Part shown: one piece after another, positions 46,446-54,678 of the stretch | Layout: the number at the start of each line of letters is the position of its first letter | Position numbering within the stretch: the first letter of the stretch is position 1 | IMG/VR virus record: IMGVR_UViG_3300017729_000002 | Span: 1 to 61,035 of that record | DNA: 61,035 nt | Source of the DNA: a virus | Lineage: Duplodnaviria; Caudoviricetes | Strand: one strand, 5' to 3' | Position numbers and translations under genes: made by a program | The notes under the pieces: generated by a model | The model's database searches: none | What the model was told of the DNA's origin: nothing | The model's input: only the letters and a program-made list of their open reading frames with translations

Positions 46446-49400
46446 TTAGAGTTTTGTGACAACTAGCTGACCCGACTGAACAAGGAAATTGCTAGTACCT
46501 CCCGCGTCAACGCTTTGGAAAACGGCCACTGCTGATGTTGGGCTTGTTGCGGCAATCTCAATAATACCACTTACTGTGGCACTGCCAACGGCTCCATTGT
46601 TTGGCATAGCCCTGTCGGCCACAAACCCCGTGCCTGACCAGCTTGTGCCATCGTAGTGATAAATCTCGAACTGGTATTCGCCAGCAGTGTCGGTCGTGCA
46701 GCAGATATTCGCTTCGACTCTGTAAGTACCCGCAGTCGGTATTGAGATAGCGTTGGCTGTTGTGCTTGGTGTAGTTCCAGTAGACGAGCCAACAGAAACC
46801 CAATCCACTATCGCTGGGGTAGTGTTGCATACCGTATTTGTGGCGTTCGCATTGTTATAAAGCACGCCGTAAGTAGCACCACTTAATTGTTCAATCTTGT
46901 CGTAAACTGCATTCTTTGAAGGGGCCGTGGTGTCACCGTCCCAGCTAATTCCATAAGTGGTGTCGTCTGCTCCCGCAAGATGGGTGTCGTTACCAGCATC
47001 ATCTGTAAACCAAAGCTCGTTTGGTGTTGCGTTTTTAACCCAGATTTGGCCGCGACCTGCTATATCGGCCAAGGCGCTTGCTCGCTCATCAATGAACAAG
47101 GGAGCAGAGATGTGCATTCCGTTAGCCACTCGGAAGTTGGCTGTCTTTTCTTGCGTGATGGTGTAGTCAGCGGCGGTGGTGTCGGCGAAGGCAAATACCC
47201 CGTCCAACCTACCTAGTGGCACACCAGTAGCCTTGACTCGGGTTCCAGCGATAACACAATTTGAACCATAACTGATGTTGTTATTGTTACCACCCAGTAT
47301 AATAGAGCTATCTGCATAATTTCCAGAGTTGGTCTGGCCTGCAAGAATAGCACAGTATCCTCCACCACCCATCCCCCCATCAAGAGTGTGTCCCTGACCA
47401 CCAATAATTGCGCTGTTGTAAGAGGACATTGTGGGAATAGAGGCATTACCCGAATGTGCTAGGATAACACTGTTCCCATAGCTATTAGCCATACTAGAAT
47501 TAGTAGATGCAATAATTGCGGCGTTCGGTGTGGCTGAAGCAAGAGTATTACCAGTTCCAGCAGTAATAAAGCCATGAGTGCCTGCCGCGCTATTGAAGCT
47601 ACCACCGATAAGTGCAGAGTGGGTACCAGCTGCAACATCATCAGCGTTACCCTGCATCTGAAGATCTACCGAATAGTTGCCTCGGGCATCAGGTGTGGAG
47701 CTTCTTGCTACCGCAGAGATATCATAAGTTGAGCTTGAACCTTGGGTCGTGCCACCAGTCGCTGCGTCTTGCCACGCCAGCCCTGTTGCGTAGCCCGATG
47801 CCGTTGTAAGAACTTTACCATCTTGAGGGAACGCCGTTAATTTGGCAGCTGTGTTATTACCCGTTCCGACAATAAGATCACCCTTAGCATCAAAGGCTGT
47901 GTCAGTCGTGATATCCCAACCAAGTGTTTCAATCTTATCGTAGATCGCATTCTTAGTGGCAGCGTCTTGGTTTCCGTTCCACCCAACCCCATACGCAAGG
48001 TCGGATGCTGCTCCTCCCGCTGGGGCGAGCTTGATGACGGATCCATCGTATGTTAAGACTTGCCCGCTTTTACCAGATAGATTCTCATTACTCTGGAACA
48101 CATAGTTATCTAATTCAATGCTTGCTGCTCCAAAATTTCCCGATGCTGAGGAGAGTTTTAAATTACTTCGATAAAAACCACTACCTGTGTTATCAACGAC
48201 ACTTATCGTCGTTGGGTTTTGAGCGCCGTAGCCTGATGAGGTCCCTGATCGGATATCTAGACTGAACTCATCCAAGGTTGAACTAGTAAAAGATAAGAAG
48301 GGTGCGTTTGACTTCCGTATTTCAAAGTTTCCCACATCTAAATTACCGCCTAATTCGGGGCTCGTGTCCTCTACTATGTCTACCAAGCCACCAGAAGGGG
48401 CGGCCCACTTAAGACCAGTGGCTTCAGCAGCATCGGTCGTTAAAACTAAATCATCGGTGACAGGCGCAGGTAGTATTGAAGCGGCTCCTGCCCCAGTTGC
48501 AGCAATTAAGTCGCCTTTAGTGGCCCATGAGGCATCGGTGGTGATGTCGCTTGTGATGACTATCCAATCAGCTGAGTCGGATAGGACTCCCGATGATTTA
48601 GCTATTAAAACATCACCAACCGCAAAGGTTATGTCTGGGTCTGTTACGAAGTTGTATGTTCCTGCTGCGGTGACGTAGTAAATGTCACCTACAGTGGAAG
48701 TAATTACATTCAGGTTTGGGGAACCGAGTCCACCCGATGCAGTTGGATCAAAATCTCCTTTGTATGAAACTTGGTCTGATGATAACCCATTCAATTTTGA
48801 AGCCAGCGCATCTGTGAAAGCGTTGGTATCTGCCTCAGCTTCGTAAGCCACTTTGATCTCTGCTCCTGTCTGGTCAGCTGTCGCAGCGGTTTCTATGCCT
48901 GTCAGTTTTGTTTGCTCAGCATCCGTGAAAGCGTTGGTGTCTGCCTCAGCTTCGTAAGCCACTTTGATCTCTGCGCCTGTCTGGTCAGCTGTCGCAGCGG
49001 TTTCGATGCCTGTCAGTTTTGTTTGCTCAGCATCTGTGAAGGCGTTGGTGTCTGCATTGGACTCGTATTTTGTCTTAACGGTTCCCGCGTCTAACCCACT
49101 CCCGACTATGGTCCAGTCACTTTCCGTGGATGCACTGTCAACCTCTGCAATTATGGTTGTCCCAAGTAATAATGTTTGACTATAAAAACTACCCTCTGTC
49201 TCGACGACATAGGTGTCTCCTGCGGAAATTGCGATCGCTGATGGTGATGTTAAGTCAGGTGTGTTAGTCGAAGCATTGTAAGCTCCTTTGAAACTTGATG
49301 CGCTTAGAAGGATCTCATTATCGACATAGGATTTAACACTAGCTTGTGTTGGGACTTTTGTCTGTGAGTTGCTCACCAAGGTGGCTTCGTTTAATACAAA

Positions 49401-50126
49401 TGAGGCTCCGCTAATATCTGCATCCGTGGTTTTTACAATGACATTACCATCGGTAATATTGGCAAGGGTGTGGGTGTGGGCTGCTTGAGCAAAATCGGTG
49501 GTGTCGGCTGCAGCTGCGGTGCCACTGTCAGATATGTCAGAAAGGGTGTGAGTGTGGCTTGCTTGAGCAAAGTCGGTGGTATCGGATGCAGCGGCGGTGC
49601 CGCTGTCAGATATGTCAGAAAGGGTGTGAGCATGGACTGCGCCAGCAAAGTCGGTGGTATCGGATGCAGCTGCGGTGCCGCTGTCGGATATGTCAGAAAG
49701 GGTGTGGGTGTGTGCCGTCGGGTCACGGTCATCTGATAAACGAGTGTCATTGCCTTTAACAACTTCGGCAGCTGCGGCATTACCTACTGTAGCTACATCA
49801 AGACCAGCGGCACTCCCAGAATCCGTAATCTGAGATAGTGTGTGGCTATGTGTGGTTGGTGTTCTCGCATCACTAAGGCGGGAATCCGTGGTATCAATAA
49901 GGGTAGCATCAGAGATCTGAGAGTTGACTGAAGACAAGGTCCCAGCTTGGATGGAGTTGCTAGCGAGTGTTCCTTGGGATGCGGTCGCAAAGTCGGCTGA
50001 GGCGGAGGCAGCTGCTGTGCCTGCATCAGTAATATCAGCTAAGACATGTGTGTGAACAACATCTGCTTTTCCTTCTAAGGAGCCTGAGACCCCTGTTAAC
50101 TTGATAACTTTAATTGGGTTGGCCAT
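46446..50126 (-). CDS. Long tail fibre protein
   Basis: HTH..DI metal-binding repeats, 37-aa tandem repeats, KGDLI modules, beta-helix-like GG..N repeats, C-terminal beta-sandwich. Confidence 0.85.
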   Translation of the reverse strand: MANPIKVIKLTGVSGSLEGKADVVHTHVLADITDAGTAAASASADFATASQGTLASNSIQAGTLSSVNSQISDATLIDTTDSRLSDARTPTTHSHTLSQITDSGSAAGLDVATVGNAAAAEVVKGNDTRLSDDRDPTAHTHTLSDISDSGTAAASDTTDFAGAVHAHTLSDISDSGTAAASDTTDFAQASHTHTLSDISDSGTAAAADTTDFAQAAHTHTLANITDGNVIVKTTDADISGASFVLNEATLVSNSQTKVPTQASVKSYVDNEILLSASSFKGAYNASTNTPDLTSPSAIAISAGDTYVVETEGSFYSQTLLLGTTIIAEVDSASTESDWTIVGSGLDAGTVKTKYESNADTNAFTDAEQTKLTGIETAATADQTGAEIKVAYEAEADTNAFTDAEQTKLTGIETAATADQTGAEIKVAYEAEADTNAFTDALASKLNGLSSDQVSYKGDFDPTASGGLGSPNLNVITSTVGDIYYVTAAGTYNFVTDPDITFAVGDVLIAKSSGVLSDSADWIVITSDITTDASWATKGDLIAATGAGAASILPAPVTDDLVLTTDAAEATGLKWAAPSGGLVDIVEDTSPELGGNLDVGNFEIRKSNAPFLSFTSSTLDEFSLDIRSGTSSGYGAQNPTTISVVDNTGSGFYRSNLKLSSASGNFGAASIELDNYVFQSNENLSGKSGQVLTYDGSVIKLAPAGGAASDLAYGVGWNGNQDAATKNAIYDKIETLGWDITTDTAFDAKGDLIVGTGNNTAAKLTAFPQDGKVLTTASGYATGLAWQDAATGGTTQGSSSTYDISAVARSSTPDARGNYSVDLQMQGNADDVAAGTHSALIGGSFNSAAGTHGFITAGTGNTLASATPNAAIIASTNSSMANSYGNSVILAHSGNASIPTMSSYNSAIIGGQGHTLDGGMGGGGYCAILAGQTNSGNYADSSIILGGNNNNISYGSNCVIAGTRVKATGVPLGRLDGVFAFADTTAADYTITQEKTANFRVANGMHISAPLFIDERASALADIAGRGQIWVKNATPNELWFTDDAGNDTHLAGADDTTYGISWDGDTTAPSKNAVYDKIEQLSGATYGVLYNNANATNTVCNTTPAIVDWVSVGSSTGTTPSTTANAISIPTAGTYRVEANICCTTDTAGEYQFEIYHYDGTSWSGTGFVADRAMPNNGAVGSATVSGIIEIAATSPTSAVAVFQSVDAGGTSNFLVQSGQLVVTKL
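48805..49060 (-). repeat. 111-bp coding tandem repeat (ADTNAFTDAEQTKLTGIETAATADQTGAEIKVAYEAE)
   Basis: Two full copies plus a partial copy. Confidence 0.9.
49465..49715 (-). repeat. 75-bp coding tandem repeat (HTHTLSDISDSGTAAASDTTDFAQA)
   Basis: Three near-identical copies plus a partial copy. Confidence 0.9.
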
Positions 50127-50127
50127 A

Positions 50128-50460
50128 CTAGTGGGTGATGTGCTTAGATGTTGTCAGGACAATGTTCTCTGAATAATGAATGTCACCACTTGGGTCGGTG
50201 AACTTGATGTCGAATACCATCGACATCTGTGGGGGTAAATTTAAAGTATCGGCTGGGGGTGCAGACACGCGGATTTGTCCGACCGCTGCTGCTGTGTCGT
50301 CGATACTGAACGTAACAAGTTTCTCGTTACTTGAAACAAGTTTAAGGTCGCTTTCAAACGACCATGAAGAAAGATCAATAGGGTTATCCACCTCATCAAC
50401 ACAGAGACAAGTCTGAGAAAATGTAGAACCTCTCTTGATCTCAATCTCTGGGGCGGGCAT
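50128..50460 (-). CDS. BppU-N-like fibre attachment protein
   Basis: IKRGSTF...PIDLS.....S.LK...FDIKFT pattern; directly upstream of the fibre. Confidence 0.55.
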   Translation of the reverse strand: MPAPEIEIKRGSTFSQTCLCVDEVDNPIDLSSWSFESDLKLVSSNEKLVTFSIDDTAAAVGQIRVSAPPADTLNLPPQMSMVFDIKFTDPSGDIHYSENIVLTTSKHITH

Positions 50461-50463
50461 GGC

Positions 50464-50841
50464 TTAGGCGTATTCTTCTTTTTCTTCGTCTTCTTCGTCG
50501 TCTTCAGTCAAGGCTTGCTCAACCGCAGATGCGAAGTCGGCGTCTTCCTCTTCGGGTTCACCCTCGGGCTCCTCCTCGGTCATTTCTTCGGACATTTCCT
50601 CCACCATCTCAGGATCGGCAGGGGCTTCTTCAGCCATCTCTGCTTCAGGGGCTTCTTCAGGGGCTTCTTCAGGGGCTTCTTCGCCTCCTTCGGTCAGGGC
50701 CTCGGCTTCGGCGACAGCCTTATCAGCTTTGATCTGCATTTGTTGTGCTTCGAGTTGTAGCACTTCCGCTTTGGCGCGGGCTAGTTCTGCTTCAATAGCA
50801 GCTGCGAAGTTGTCGGGCTCTTCTGTAGATTGGTTGTCCAT
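50464..50841 (-). CDS. Highly acidic protein
   Basis: Glu-rich with EEAP repeats; FAAAIE/FASAVE motif at both ends. Confidence 0.65.
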   Translation of the reverse strand: MDNQSTEEPDNFAAAIEAELARAKAEVLQLEAQQMQIKADKAVAEAEALTEGGEEAPEEAPEEAPEAEMAEEAPADPEMVEEMSEEMTEEEPEGEPEEEDADFASAVEQALTEDDEEDEEKEEYA

Positions 50842-50852
50842 AGGTAAAAGGT

Positions 50853-50887
50853 GTTGCGGGGGGTATAGTTTTTATACCCCCCACAAC
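50853..50887 (-). terminator. Hairpin downstream of the major capsid gene
   Basis: GTTG.GGGGGGTATA / TATACCCCCC.CAAC stem followed by ACCTTTT on the - strand. Confidence 0.65.
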
Positions 50888-50906
50888 GGTTAGTTTGTTT
50901 TAGCGA

Positions 50907-52277
50907 TTAGGCTGCTGGTGTAGCAGAGTCGCGCTTGAACAGAATGACGTATCCGAACTCAGTCTTGATTGGCTTGGAAGCCGATGCAAGAACACCACGG
51001 AAGAATCCGTTGGTCTGGTCTGGGTTTTTGTCTTCTGATGCGATGTTGAGCCAGTTGAACTTGCCCTTGTAATCACAAGCGTTGAAGCTCAATCCGTTGG
51101 AACCACTGAATGGGTTAGGAATCTGGGACTCCATAACTTCACTGTGAAGAACGAATGCTGCTTCAAGTGGTGCTGTTTCATACGCGGGGTTGTCGGTAAC
51201 GATACCCAGAGTAACTGTGTAAGGTAGGACGCGGGTAAGAACACCAGAAGTTTCAGTGTAACGTGGGGCAAGATCGTCAACCATGTGGTAGTAACCACGG
51301 AAGGACTTCTCAACACCAAGTGGAGCAATGAGCTCGCTTACACGGGCTGCGTTGTAACGTACGTCATCACGGAAACCTGCTTCAGTCTGAAGTTGGTAAG
51401 ATGCCTCAGAAGAACAGACAAGTGCAAAGACTGGACGACCATTCTCACGACCATAAGCATCACGACCAGCACCCTTGCGGACGTTCTGGTAGTAAATCTT
51501 GTCGAGGATAGCATTCGAGATGTTTGCATCAGGGGTGATGTCGGTGTTACCAACGCCTGAAGTTGACAGGTCAAACACGCCATTGTTGATGGAGTTGTCT
51601 TCGTAGACGTCATCAGAAGCTGCGTCGCCGTCGGCGTCAACTACTGTCTGAACTACAGTGCCAGCTGTCTTAGCGGCCATGAAGTTAGCAGAAAGACGCT
51701 CATACTCGTCGCGGTAGCGGCTCTCCCATGTGTAGGCGGTAGCCTCAGTCATGAGATCCATGATAGCACGAAGCTGATCTTGGCGGTGAGCAGCGAAGCG
51801 AAGGTCTTCCAAGGAAATCTTGGGGGACTCTACGTTTGCGCGGCGGAGGGTGTATGGCTTCAGCTTACGGCTGAAGTTGATGTATGAACGAGCGTCATCA
51901 GTTGGAGCTGTGTTGTCATCGTTAATGTCAGCACCACGATCACCTGCGAACTGCTTAGCAGCTTTGGCGAGTGGCTGGCTTCCGATAGTCTGGGAAGTCC
52001 CAAGGGTGTCGGAAGTTTCTGTGACTGCGATACTTCCCCAAGTGACACCAGAGTTATTACCTGTGGAGTCGGTTGTTGGAAGAGCGCGATCATAGATCAA
52101 TGTCTGTTGTGTGTAGCCCATGCCTTCAGGGAAGGGTGACTGCTTGATAAGATCCATCCACGCAGATGTGTGGAGGGTTCGTTTGTGGATATCAGCGCCG
52201 ATGCGTCCAGCTTCCTGAACGAGGGCTGCGTCGATTGCGGTTAACGCGGTATCCGCGTTATTTTGGAATGTTGCCAT
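50907..52277 (-). CDS. Major capsid protein
   Basis: 456 aa, follows portal and scaffold, highly biased codon use, long leader and downstream hairpin. Confidence 0.8.
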   Translation of the reverse strand: MATFQNNADTALTAIDAALVQEAGRIGADIHKRTLHTSAWMDLIKQSPFPEGMGYTQQTLIYDRALPTTDSTGNNSGVTWGSIAVTETSDTLGTSQTIGSQPLAKAAKQFAGDRGADINDDNTAPTDDARSYINFSRKLKPYTLRRANVESPKISLEDLRFAAHRQDQLRAIMDLMTEATAYTWESRYRDEYERLSANFMAAKTAGTVVQTVVDADGDAASDDVYEDNSINNGVFDLSTSGVGNTDITPDANISNAILDKIYYQNVRKGAGRDAYGRENGRPVFALVCSSEASYQLQTEAGFRDDVRYNAARVSELIAPLGVEKSFRGYYHMVDDLAPRYTETSGVLTRVLPYTVTLGIVTDNPAYETAPLEAAFVLHSEVMESQIPNPFSGSNGLSFNACDYKGKFNWLNIASEDKNPDQTNGFFRGVLASASKPIKTEFGYVILFKRDSATPAA

Positions 52278-52390
52278 TGTTTTAGGTTGTTATAGTTGTT
52301 GTATTTAATGTGCCTGCCAAATACGACAGACAACGAGGTTCGTGTATCACGTATGATACCCATTTGTCTTTTTAGGGACGGTTACCTTTA

Positions 52391-52502
52391 AATAGAACTA
52401 CTTATGGCTAGAGCGACCGACGGTATCCGAAATATGTAGGTGAGATAAAACTCATGTAACATACCAAGCATAATAGAACTACTTAAGGCTAGAGCAACCT
52501 AC
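52391..52502 (-). repeat. 31-bp direct repeat (2 copies, 3 mismatches) in the capsid leader
   Basis: AATAGAACTACTTAWGGCTAGAGCRACCKAC at 52391-52421 and 52472-52502. Confidence 0.9.
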
Positions 52503-52520
52503 CTGATTTATTACGCCCCC

Positions 52521-52549
52521 ATTTAAACAAAAAATGAATGGAGCGTCAA
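52521..52549 (-). promoter_or_regulatory. Putative promoter for the capsid gene
   Basis: TTGACG-17-TTAAAT about 240 nt upstream of ATG. Confidence 0.45.
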
Positions 52550-52566
52550 GGTGCAATGTAAAGTGC

Positions 52567-52619
52567 CAAGACAGGTGTGGGGAATAATACTAATACACAA
52601 AAAAACCACACCTGTCTTG
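52567..52619. other. 14-bp perfect inverted repeat after the scaffold gene
   Basis: CAAGACAGGTGTGG / CCACACCTGTCTTG with a 25-nt loop. Confidence 0.7.
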
Positions 52620-52661
52620 ACTAACCACAAACCGCGGGGACACTACAACCCCATGTGGAAA

Positions 52662-53870
52662 TTATTGACCCCCGAGGATAGACTCAATGGAGGACGCGAA
52701 GTCCCCGCTGCTTGAGGCTGATCCTGCGAGTGAGGCGGAGTTAGTCCCGCCTGAAAGTTTTGGTTCTGCATCTTCATATGATGCGAGCTGCTTGGTAAGC
52801 TCTTCAATAAGCTTCTGGGATGAAGCATACTCTTTAACCATGGATGGCAACAACCTTGCGGCTACTGCTTGGTAAGCGAAGTCTACTGAGTGCACAACCG
52901 TAGGGTCAACATCAGCGGCTTCCTTCTGGATGGTATCTAAGTCAAGACCTTCAAATCCCGAAAGGAATGGAACCTTGTCCTTAATCCGTTGCGTCACGTT
53001 CTTGGTTACGTCCACGCGCTCGGCGGCTTTTTCAGCTAGCGTAATCTTATTGCGTTCTTCGTTAACTAGTTCAGCCTCCTTAAGGGCTTCTTCCGCGTTG
53101 GCTCGTAGGTTATCACGGCGCTGTAGGATCGGGTCGATCTCAGATGCGAGGCGATAAAAGATTGCTCTGTCCCTATCTGACGCAGTGGCCATCAGCTCAG
53201 CGACGGCATTCTCCTGCTCCGTGGGGTCTTCCATGGTCATTGCCTCAACAAGTTCACTGTATTCAATACCGTGGGTGTCGGCTAACTTCTCAACCGCTGT
53301 GAACACTTGTTCCAGTGGATGGATAACTGCGTCATGATAGGCAGTTGTCTGCTCCAAGTTTGTAACCATTTGAGCATTCTCATACTCTTGCACACGCTGC
53401 TGCAAAGTTTCAACTGTCTCTGAACCCACAACGCCTTCAAGCTCAGCGACTTTCGCCTCAGCTTCTTTTGCCCGCTGCGTAAGTGTCTCACGCTCAGCAC
53501 GTTCTGACTTTAGTTCTGTCTTCAAACGCTGGAACGCAGAACTGGCTTTCGGTGTCCAGTCATCACCAACGTCGGCATCAAGGGAATCCAATAGGTCATT
53601 TGACTCTTCGGTCTTTTCTTCACCCTCGGTTTTAGTGGACTCCTCTGCCGCTGGTTCAGTCTCGGCTGATTCCTCTTTCTTTGTTTCCTCAACGGCTGGC
53701 GCTTCTTCGGCTGCGGGGGTTTCTTCTACCGCTGGCTCATCGACAGCGTTAATGCTAGCCTCTAGGGCAGCTTCAAAAGAAAAGTCACCAGCATCACCGC
53801 CACCCACTTCAGGGATGGCAGCGACTGGATCAGATGTAGGGGTGGCTTCGGGTGTTGCAGTATCGGACAT
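52662..53870 (-). CDS. Capsid scaffolding protein
   Basis: Acidic disordered N-terminus and coiled coils; between portal and capsid. Confidence 0.7.
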   Translation of the reverse strand: MSDTATPEATPTSDPVAAIPEVGGGDAGDFSFEAALEASINAVDEPAVEETPAAEEAPAVEETKKEESAETEPAAEESTKTEGEEKTEESNDLLDSLDADVGDDWTPKASSAFQRLKTELKSERAERETLTQRAKEAEAKVAELEGVVGSETVETLQQRVQEYENAQMVTNLEQTTAYHDAVIHPLEQVFTAVEKLADTHGIEYSELVEAMTMEDPTEQENAVAELMATASDRDRAIFYRLASEIDPILQRRDNLRANAEEALKEAELVNEERNKITLAEKAAERVDVTKNVTQRIKDKVPFLSGFEGLDLDTIQKEAADVDPTVVHSVDFAYQAVAARLLPSMVKEYASSQKLIEELTKQLASYEDAEPKLSGGTNSASLAGSASSSGDFASSIESILGGQ

Positions 53871-53888
53871 GGTTTATAGGTGTTGTGG

Positions 53889-54206
53889 TTATTGTAGGTG
53901 ATCCCACTCAGACGTGCTGAATGATTGATTGATTTTGGTAGGAGCACTACAAAGTTTTCGTAAATCGTGGAACGCATCGCAGTAACCTGCAAAGGCTGCG
54001 TGACTCAGGGAGTTGGCTTCCGTGTTCCGTAGGGTGCCTCGCGTCGGGCGTGAGTTCTCTTTCAATATGGCTTCCGCTTTACGGAAGACTTCGCTATTGA
54101 CTAACTCTTTCAACGCTCCCGCATTCCCACCAGCATACCATGCACCAACACTCGCATCCATTGGGATTGGGTCTATAGTGAATTGTGGTTCTTGCTTACG
54201 AGGCAT
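53889..54206 (-). CDS. Hypothetical head-module protein
   Basis: ATG 54206 preceded by TTGAAC-17-TAAGAT-7 nt. Confidence 0.6.
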   Translation of the reverse strand: MPRKQEPQFTIDPIPMDASVGAWYAGGNAGALKELVNSEVFRKAEAILKENSRPTRGTLRNTEANSLSHAAFAGYCDAFHDLRKLCSAPTKINQSFSTSEWDHLQ

Positions 54207-54238
54207 GTGAAAGATCTTACGTAGTAATATCAGAATGT

Positions 54239-54667
54239 TCAAGATTTTTTATCTATTATTTCCCAGTTATCCCTAGGGCTGTCAATAAGGTTCCAGCTCA
54301 AGGATGCAGGGCCTAGGATTTCGGTTAGAGGATACAGGGCCCATGAGTCATGTTCGGCTATGTATACAGCGATGATATCAAAGTCTCCTTCTTGATATAA
54401 GGTGTAACGGGGCTTCCCTGTTTTATTCACTCGACGCGTGCTTGACGGTTTGCCAGATCCTATGATTATTTTCCACCGTTCTTTGTGGTGTGGCTTCTCG
54501 TGTTTTTGTTTAGTGGCTTTCTTAACCTGCACCATGATGGGAGGCTCACAAGCTTTGCGGATGATGATATCTGCCTTGGTATTATGTGACGTAGGTAGGA
54601 ACACCTCGAACCCCCTCAGCGCGGCTTGATAAATAAAAGCTGCTTCGGCTACGTCTCCTACGTTCAA
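54239..54667 (-). CDS. PD-(D/E)XK endonuclease (free-standing, homing-type)
   Basis: GDVAE...ADIII...VQVKK...Y...DFDIIAVY. Confidence 0.8.
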   Translation of the reverse strand: MNVGDVAEAAFIYQAALRGFEVFLPTSHNTKADIIIRKACEPPIMVQVKKATKQKHEKPHHKERWKIIIGSGKPSSTRRVNKTGKPRYTLYQEGDFDIIAVYIAEHDSWALYPLTEILGPASLSWNLIDSPRDNWEIIDKKS

Positions 54668-54678
54668 GTGATCGTGGG

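Noticed and set aside
43137-50126. Diversity-generating retroelement acting on fibres or adhesins
   Set aside because: No reverse transcriptase and no repeat pair differing only at adenines
52391-52502. Mini-CRISPR array
   Set aside because: Only two imperfect copies with a 50-bp gap inside a gene leader; no cas genes
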